NCBI RefSeq assembly: GCF_001194135.2
Contig: NC_068984.1
Coordinates: 106,830,204 to 106,894,203 of the forward strand
Reading direction: 5' to 3'
DNA length: 64,000 nucleotides
From: Octopus bimaculoides
Taxonomy: Eukaryota
Of this stretch, positions 55,676 through 64,000 are shown one piece after another (the stretch's first letter is position 1; each line of letters opens with the position of its first letter). The notes under the pieces are model-generated. The model had not been told where the DNA came from and ran no database searches. It worked only from the letters and a program-made list of their open reading frames with translations. The translations under genes and the position numbers were made by a program.

Positions 55676-55812
55676 ACCATCCCCTGCCAGAGCCTCGTAG
55701 AGCTTTAGGTGTTTTCGCTCAGTAAACACTCACAACGCCCGGTCTGGGAATCGAAGCCGCGATCCTATGACCGCGATCTGCTGCCCTAATCCCTGGACCA
55801 TTGCGCCTCCAT
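55676..55812 (-). mobile_element. tRNA-derived SINE head (second family)
   Basis: GGAGGCGCAATGGTCCAGGGATTAGGGCAGC...GGCTTCGATTCCCAGACC has tRNA-like A/B boxes, followed by non-tRNA body. Confidence 0.75.
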
Positions 55813-55814
55813 GG

Positions 55815-58105
55815 TCATATATGTTTAATTGATAATCTTCTGGAAGCTTTACAGATTTTTACAGTTCCAGTGATGGATTGGATCTGTAGTCTTCGAATTA
55901 GCTTTCTCCTTTCTGGTTTGAGGAGCCTAATTTCTCAAGATCGGTATTTAGGCAGTGTGTTACATATTCCAGGGCCCCAATAGTTACAGGTATGAACCAG
56001 AAATTGTAATCTAGATAGAGTAACTGCAAATTTCTCAATAGTTCAGCATAGATGTTCTCTTTATCACTGATCTTCAGCTTTATGTTAACATCCGCTGGGC
56101 AGCTAATTTCCACAATTGTGTACACTTTCTCTTCTTTATCCCAAATCATTATATCAGATTTGTTGTTCTTACATTTTATTGAAGTCTTCACTGGTACATT
56201 CCACCAGTACTCCTTTTTATTATGAGTGGCTATGGCTTCTACCATATTCTGGGGTTTTATTTTTTGCCGTCTGGGTTATCTTTCCGACGGATTTCATTAT
56301 AGAGTGTCCTAGCTACAACGCAAAATCTCATCGGTAGATAATACTGTATTGACATTTTCTGGACCACCTCTTATGATGTAGGTGACATCATCAGTGTGAA
56401 ATCCACAAAGTCTGCATCAGTTGTCACATTTTACGGCTTTTCCCGCATCTCTATCCCTTTTGTGCATCAGGTACTTCGTTGATATTTCGTGTTCCTGGAT
56501 TACAAACGCATACCCTCCGAAGTGGGAGGTAGTAACCCGGCTATTCGTCCATGATAAACTGCTTTGATGATCGATGTTACAATCATCACGGTGCTTTCTA
56601 CTAATATATCCATGCATAATCTTCTGCTCATATAGGCTCATCCTTTCAACTGATGATATGTTGCGATAGAGTCGTACAACTTCATTGGGGATGTATTCTA
56701 GGATATCAGAGAGAGTGTTGCTCAAGCAGCTACCTTCCAAGTCTTATGATGTTANNNNNNNNNNTTTCAACTGATGATATGTTGCGATAGAGTCGTACAA
56801 CTTCATTGGGGATGTATTCTAGGATATCAGAGAGAGTGTTGCTCAAGCAGCTACCTTCCAAGTCTTATGATGTTATCAGCCTCATGTATGCAAACTTGGT
56901 CAAGGGATGCACTTCGACGCTTGTTGGTTAAAAGATGTTGCCGAGGGGATACGATGCGACATTCAAAGGCATTTTGGATCGATGTTAAGCCTCTACCGCC
57001 TTGTTTACGTTTTAGGTAGAGGCGGTCTTCGTCACTGTTTATTTGGAAATTATGTGCGCCTGTTAGTATTGTTCGGGTTTTCACATCAAAGGTTCGGATT
57101 TCATCAACGTCCGGTCAAACAACCCAAATGTTGGTATGAGTACTGGTACTGAAAACTCATTTTGGGCCACTGTTTTATTAAATGCAGAGAGTTTTGAGGT
57201 CTAAATTTTCTTTAGTCGGTTGTAATATTCTTTAGTGACACGTGTTTTGTTACAGGTGCTATTGTAAGATATATTTTCATCCACCCCTAGATACCTGTAT
57301 CATTCCTCTTGAGATACAGGGGAAACAGTCAAATCATTGATGGATATGTTATTAGTCTGGTTTATAGTTTTCCCCCTTTTCACAACCGTATAACAACATT
57401 TATCCTGACCAAACTCCAATCCTACATCCTTTGAGAATTCTGTAACTAGGTCAAGGTTTTTTTTCTTTTCATGTGTATTCTTTCCATAAAGTTTTTAGTC
57501 ATTTACTAAGAAACAGTGCGTAATTTTAGGATTTCTGTTTCCTTGTGAACCAGTGAGATATCCTTCAGGCTTCCTTAACATGAATGACAAGGGCTTTACA
57601 GAAAGTATAAACAACATCACAGTGATAATACAGTCACATTTTGTGTTTAATTTCAAGATGGTGGCCCACGATGAAATCAGGTCAGCTATGGCTTTGACTA
57701 TTCTCAATGGAACTTTAGCAAGTGGAAGGGTTTCTAGCATCCATCAGTAGGGAACAGAGTCAAAGGCTTTCTAGCCACATTGAGACTAGGTTTCTCCTAT
57801 GCTCTCTCACCTCTGACATCACAGTTTTGTTGATTAATAACAATTGCTCGGCACATCCCCAGACTCCCTTCTTCCCAGCTACTTGTTCTGCTGTGATAAT
57901 GTTATTAGTTTCACAATGGTCTTGGAGAAAGAGGTTTAAACATGCTGTATATATCTTATACATTAAGTTCTGGCATGCAACTGGCCAGTAGTTTTTTGCC
58001 ATGTGAGTGGTTCTGCGTTTGGGGATCAATTTTGTCTCTGCGAGAGCTAATCAGTTTGGTATGCTACCGTTCCTAATGAAAGATATGGTCGGTAGAATGT
58101 TCACT
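55815..58105 (-). mobile_element. R4/Dong-like non-LTR retrotransposon (RT + RLE endonuclease), 5' truncated, decayed
   Basis: LIPK..NYWPVACQNLMYKIYTA; EQVAGKKGVWGCAEQLL; SVPY*WMLETL; THCFLVND*KLY; SDEDRLYLKRKQGGRGL; NKSDIMIWDKEEK..IVEISCP..KENIYAEL..IPVTIGAL. Confidence 0.92.
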
Positions 58106-58195
58106 TCTTGTACCATATGTATGCATGTATGTATGTATGTATGTATGCATGTATGTATGTATTTATGTATGTATGCATGCATGCATGCATGCATG

Positions 58196-58229
<34 letters not shown>

Positions 58230-58280
58230 TGTATGCATGTATGTATGTGAAGAAAGAATGAGAGAGAGAGAGAGAGAGAA
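58105..58280. repeat. (TATG)n/(TGCA) and (GA)n microsatellite
   Basis: Directly visible. Confidence 0.95.
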
Positions 58281-58662
58281 AATGTATTTGTGGGTATTCA
58301 TGATATAAAATCAATACAGAAAATACTTTCGTTTCCAATTTTTGGCTGTAAATTTTTAATATTTAAAATCATTTTAAGGTAATGAATATTTTCCTACGAA
58401 AGATTAGCATTCATTCGCTATAAGCAATAAGAAATTTTACAAAAATTATAATTATTGCATACATGATTTTTTTCCCGATACTATAGTTGGTGACAAAAGT
58501 ACGCTTTCAACGTTTTCCGTCACATGACGGATACCACCTTTCGTATATATATATATATATATATGGGAGAAAGAATGTACGAAAAAAAAACAACAACAGA
58601 CGAGGGCAGGTGGTATAAACAACAAAAGGATGTATTAGTTTGACGCTCGGGAATACAGAAGG

Positions 58663-58699
58663 TCTTTAATGTTTCGAGCTACGCTCTTCGACAGAAAGA
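58663..58699 (-). ncRNA. Minimal hammerhead-like motif with variant core CUGUCGA
   Basis: tcttt-CTGTCGA-a-gagc-gta-gctc-GAAAC-ATT-aaaga. Stems I (5 bp) and II (4 bp) are perfect. Confidence 0.5.
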
Positions 58700-59651
58700 A
58701 TACGGAGAAAACAAGGAGAAAAACACGGAGAAAAAAATTGAATGGTCTTTGGTCAACGATCTATCATGGCTTCATATACCGACATCCTTATAATATCAAG
58801 AAGGTCGAAAATTTTGATGGATGAGAAATTAGTCAGCAATAAAAGATCCCAGATCTCTTCTGCTTCATTATTTTGACGAAGACACAGAAAGTAAATGCAA
58901 AGTCGACTGCAGCGAGATTTGAACACCAAATGCTAGCAGCTGGAGCAATTACCGTAAAGCATCGTTTTCGACCGTCTTACGTTTCTGTCTGCTAATCGTT
59001 ATCTATTATTACTACTATAATAAGCGTAAAGGAAAATAAAACAACAGAAGTAACAAATAACCGAAATATACTATATCTATTTTCGTTTGTCTTGTTTGTG
59101 TCTTCGGATATTATATCCCATCTTATGTTCACCTTGTTATTCCTCCTACTGGAAACTATAAAAAAAAAAGACAATTCAAAATCTAAAATTCAGGTAATTG
59201 ATTATATTCTATTCACATATTTGTGTTTCGTGCCATTGTTCTACTAAATGTTTAGAAATTATGGATAAATTTGAACGCAGATAGCCGGTAGCAAAGAACA
59301 ATGAGAATTCGTCTCATGCTCTTATTTATTTGTCACTCCACTATCTAAGACAGCGGAATTAAGTGGGAATAATTAACGGTTTCGTGGATTTTAAAGATGT
59401 ATTCATATGAATAAAAGACTAGCATTTAAATAAGTTGTGAAGAGTTAAGTTACAAATTGAAAATCTCTTTAGTACAGTAGAACTTTATGCAACATTTCTA
59501 TATCAGGATTCATTAGGTGTAACTCCTAAATAAGTTATTGTTTGTAACGAGATTATTTGGTGTATTCACAAACATTTAGTATGCTATAAGAACCAAAGAT
59601 CGAAATATAGGTGTTTAGTTATCCAAATTATAATTATCTACGTAAAAAGAG

Positions 59652-59710
<59 letters not shown>

Positions 59711-60907
59711 GGGGAGGTAAGTATGAATGTATGGAAGTATATTAGGTCATCTTCTATTCCTTGACAAAATTAGATCAATGTGAACAATTAATATTTCAAA
59801 CTAGTAATTAACTATTTAATTGCCAAAAAAAATCACTAATTTCGCGCTGTTAGCTGACATGATGGAAGAGTGAGATTATTAAGTAGCTTTGTATTCTGAT
59901 ATCAAATCTAAAGAAAATGGGTCGTTTCTTACGCTTATATCATTTTTAAGATCACTTTGCTTTCCTCCTCTACTATCTCAAATTTTCCTTGTCTCTAAGG
60001 CAGAATTGCCCCTAAGTCAGTGTAGTGGCAGAATAATTGAAACAGCGAGAAAAATTGTTTACCTACATGCAATAACAATTTAATCTCCAGTAAATCCTCG
60101 ATCAAATTTGCCTTACATCATTGTAGTGTTGAAAAAATAAAGGACCAATCAAGTACTGTGGTCGATTTACTGCGTTGTGCCAGTTTTAAACATCAGTATT
60201 GACCCTGTTATTTTGTACCTGTACTTTTTTAACACTGAATCCGAAAGAGTCAACTTCCTCTTTAACCTATCTGGGGTAGATAAAATAAAATATTTCTTAA
60301 GTACCGTATCACTATAATCTACATGACTCTCCTACATAATGCGAAACAACGGTGTTTATTATAGACGCAAACGAAGACTGGGTCTTAAGATTAATAAGGT
60401 TTTCTAATTCTTTGTAACTATTTCATTTGAAGGTTTATAGAGGAAAAATAATACACAAATTTTCATTCTGAAAAAGCATTGGAAATGGGTTCAAGTGTTT
60501 TAATTCCTTGCGAAATGACGTGATTTATTTTCAAGTGCAGGTGTACAACTCGTACTTCTTCCAACAATGCACTTTGCATTTTATTTTTTAAAAAAAACGC
60601 AAAATTGTTACTGTTCACAGCTGGTGTTAATGTGCGTCTAGTTGCTTCTTACGAGAGAATTTCAAATTCAGTACCGCTATTTTCACGTCTTTCTATGACA
60701 TTTACTTTTTTATTTACTATTTTTTTCCTCTTTAATTGACTGTCTTCGCTTTTCTGACAACTTTCATTTTCATATAATTCCTTATAGACCAATATATTGC
60801 ATCTCTACAAATACAACGTCAGAGAAAATGTAATTGCTAGCGAGAAAGAAAAAGTTGATTGCACTAGCATTTAGCAATAAATATTTTTAATATTTTCGTT
60901 GTATTGA

Positions 60908-61125
60908 GGCGGTGAACTGGCAGAATCGTTAGCACGTCGGGCGAAATGCTTCTCGGTATTTCGCCCTATTCAGGTTCTGAGTTCAAATTCTGCCATCGTC
61001 GACTTTGTCATTCATCATTTCGAATTCGATAAAATAAGTACCAGTTGAGCACTAGGGTTGTGGCAATCGACATACCCTTCCCCCGAAATTGCTGGCCTTG
61101 TATCAAAATTTGAAATCAATATTTT
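60908..61125 (+). mobile_element. tRNA-derived SINE
   Basis: Full head, body and tail homologous to the other copies. Confidence 0.9.
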
Positions 61126-61138
61126 CGTTGTATGCGAA

Positions 61139-61290
61139 GGCGGCGAGCTGATAGGATCGTTAACACGCCGGGCAAAATGGTTAGTAGCATTTCGTCCGTC
61201 TTCACGTTGTGGATCAAATTCCGCCGAGGTAGATTTTGCCTTTCATTCTTTTGGGGTCGATAGAATAAGTACCAGTTGAGCACTTTATCC
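61139..61290 (+). mobile_element. tRNA-derived SINE, second copy in tandem
   Basis: GGCGGCGAGCTGATAGGATCGTTAACACGCCGGGC...TAAGTACCAGTTGAGCAC. Confidence 0.9.
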
Positions 61291-61614
61291 CTCGATATTC
61301 TTCTTTGTGTTCAAGACAGTGTAATGGCCAAAAAGAAAAACAAAGGTCATGCCTATTTTTAGTTACGTTCCTTTATTTATGTATTTATTTATTAATTTTC
61401 TAATTCAAATCTCATCTACGATAGTATTATCTTTCATCCCTCTGAAATCAATAAAATATTAATCATTTACCGCAGTCGATTTTATAAGCTCGTAAATGCT
61501 GAATAAACTGAAAATCACTATTAAACAGTTTTATGTTTCGAATCCACGGCAACATATATAATTTTAGATGATTAGAAGATAAAGCTGTCATTAATATAGA
61601 TTTCAAATTTTGAC

Positions 61615-61862
61615 TCAAGGCCAGCAATTGCGGGAATGGAGCTAAGTCGATTACGTTGACTCCAGTGCTCAACTGGTAATTATTTCATCGACTCCGAAAT
61701 GATGAAAAGTAAAGTGGACTCCTTCGGCATTTGAATTCTGAACCTGAAGTCGGACGAACTGCCACTAATCATTTTGTCCGACGAGGTAACGATTATTCCC
61801 GGAAGAAATGCTGCTAATCATTTTGTCCGGCTCGGCAACGATTCTGCCAGCTAACCGTCTTA
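61615..61862 (-). mobile_element. tRNA-derived SINE with internal head duplication
   Basis: Reverse complement homologous to the 60908 copy; CTAATCATTTTGTCCG occurs twice. Confidence 0.85.
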
Positions 61863-62892
61863 AAACTGTGATTAATATTGAGTTCCACTATTCGAAGGCA
61901 TACTTTATTTGCTTCTATTATACAATTTCCAGCTTCGATACTTTATAACCATTATTGCCCATTTATACATTGTATAAGTGTTTCTTTGCCTGTGTTATAA
62001 ATCAGTGTTTGTTAATATTTGATCACGTATAGTAGATATGAATTTAGAAAAGAAACGGTGAGACGCTGTAAGATCCATGACTTTCTTAATAGTATAGAAA
62101 GTGAAATAGATTAATTCAGCTAATGAGAATGCTTTGGTTCTAATTCATTTAACTCATTAGTATTTCCCAACGTAACTTTCTTATCGATGTTCGAATCATC
62201 ACAAATGATATATCATTAAACTGCACTTAACTTGCAACAACAAGAATGACTAAATATTATTATAACGGTTATTCTTTGCTTTATTTTCCATAACACTGTC
62301 AAGTGAGCTGATGATAATTCAATTGTTGAAGAACGCAGTCTGTTAATTATTTTCTATTAAAGTGCTATTTTAATACCAATATTTCTGCTTTAATCAGTAG
62401 TTAGAGTGAAATACATCGTTTCAAGTTCGTCTTAATAAAAGCAAATCTTGGAAAGTATTTACTTTTCAAATTGATGAGATTTTTCCGCTTAATATATTAA
62501 TGATGACGAGGAAGGTAGTAGTGGTAGTAGAGGATGTGGTGATAATAATAATCATAAATAGAAGTAATGAAATCAGAACTAAAAAGATGTTCAAAATGCA
62601 CTCCTCTCTAATAAGAGTAATATCGACAAGCTATATTTACCAAGAATGAAAAGAGACAGTAATTTATCTTTTATTTGTTTCAATCATTAGACTGCGGTCA
62701 TGTTGGGACACTGCCTTAAAGAATTTTTTGTCGAATGACTCGACATTTTTAAAGTACTACGTTTTTTGAAGCCTGTTACTCTGTCGATATGTTTTGCCAA
62801 ACCGCTATGTTACAGGGAGGTAAACATATCAACACCGGTTCTCAGACCGTGGTGGTGGTGGTGGTGATGGTGGTGGTGGTGGTGGTGGACAA

Positions 62893-62926
<34 letters not shown>

Positions 62927-63031
62927 CACACACCGCACACACACACACATATATATATATATATAATCCCTCCCCAAGAAAAACTTGTGCTAAAATTTCT
63001 CTAAGAGATGAACGCCGTAGTTGTACTAGCA

Positions 63032-63267
63032 AGTAACGTTCGCAGCCACTTCAACATGGCTGTTCCGTTCGAACGGACTTTACTGTGATTTTTTAACCCC
63101 AAGAGAACATCTCCCTCATCTGGTTAACGGTGCACAGCTGCATCCGATATACTGCGAGCAGGGGAGCGAACCTTTACTCGCAGTATACGGTGTTAGGGGT
63201 TCGTGAACCTCTACTCGCTGTATAGGTGATAGGGGTTCGCCATGTTGAAGTAGCTTCGAACATTACT
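63032..63267. mobile_element. 236-bp non-autonomous element with 29-bp inverted ends and internal hairpin repeats
   Basis: AGTAACGTTCGCAGCCACTTCAACATGGC (63032-63060) vs GCCATGTTGAAGTAGCTTCGAACATTACT (63239-63267). Confidence 0.75.
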
Positions 63268-63499
63268 ATATATGTATTGTTCGAAAATATAAAGATACAG
63301 AAAGTGTATCGCACAGCCAGCTCAAGACGGTGTTTGCCGGAGCTAAATAACAGCAACATTCATCCTAAACCAGGACTGCCATGTTATGTTGGCAAATAAT
63401 CTTTACTTTAGAGTACTGCTGCTGAATATCTCTCTCTGAGAGATTTACAAATAGAAATTTTCTATTTCATTAGATCAGTGACTGTGTGTCACTTTCAAA

Positions 63500-64000
63500 A
63501 CTATATATTTCGAGGGAGAATTTAGCTCGAGCTTGGTGAATCCCTAAAGGACTTCCTCGACGGTGGGCCGAAACTCTCGACACGCGAGGCGGAATGCTGT
63601 GAAGGACCGATTACACCTGCGGAAGTAAAAGAGGTGTTGGCCGAGTGCGCCGGGGACAAGCCGCCAGTGCTGGATTGTCTAAGCTATGAGTTTTATCGTA
63701 GCATTCTGGACTTGATCGGAGACTTGCTGGCCGGCATGTACACAGACAAGCAACAGAATGGCAGGATTCTCAGCTCTGTGAGTCGGGGAGTGGTGACGCT
63801 GATCCAGAAGGACCCGATCAAGAGGGACAGTATAAGTAATTAAAGGCCCATAACTCTACTCAATGTAGAGTTAAAGATTTTGGCCAAGGTGTTAGCAGAA
63901 AGGTTGATGCGTGTCGTGGAGAAACTTATACGCTACACTTTAGACAGGGTGGGTAAATTAACCGGCAAAGGTGGGGAACTGGTCCATTCAGACCAAAATA
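63500..64000 (+). mobile_element. L1/Tx1-type LINE ORF2 (RT N-terminal part), decayed, runs off the window
   Basis: CEGPITPAEVKEVL..DKPPVLDCLSYEFY..GVVTLIQK..N*RPITLLNVELKILAKVLAERL; then IRYTLDRV..GGELVHSDQ. Confidence 0.9.

Noticed and set aside
56640-56875. ~110-bp tandem duplication inside the R4-like element
   Set aside because: Identical copies either side of a 10-N gap; assembly artefact.
58505-58535. ccgtc-atgt-gacgg-AAAAC-GTT hairpin resembling a hammerhead 3' half (minus strand)
   Set aside because: The CUGANGA half is missing; at most a truncated remnant.

Overview
AT-rich, repeat-dominated eukaryotic DNA with 13 N-gaps (3911-4192, 5193-5268, 7795-7941, 12631-12957, 16068-16139, 19564-19966, 21667-22368, 32121-32149, 44478-44698, 49244-49253, 52732-52978, 53851-54013, 56755-56764), most next to microsatellites. 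The recurring ~200 bp tRNA-derived SINE, the microsatellite types and the transposable-element (TE) mix suggest an octopod genome (inference from memory of Octopus repeats, not a database hit). I found no intact host protein-coding gene; the ORF-track entries are mostly microsatellite translations, chance ORFs or decayed TE pieces. Recognisable TE remnants: three Penelope-like elements (PLEs; RT + GIY-YIG), three R4/Dong-like LINE fragments, an L1/Tx1-type ORF1 with a CCHC knuckle, an L1/Tx1 RT fragment, RTE fragments, a hAT transposase, a Sola1-like transposase, Tc1/mariner ends, MITEs and many SINEs. The most interesting unannotated signal is five type I hammerhead-ribozyme-like motifs, several next to PLE bodies or tails. 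They fall into two architectures, and the copy at 19437-19495 looks intact. Boundaries of decayed elements are approximate and family calls come from motif recognition by eye.
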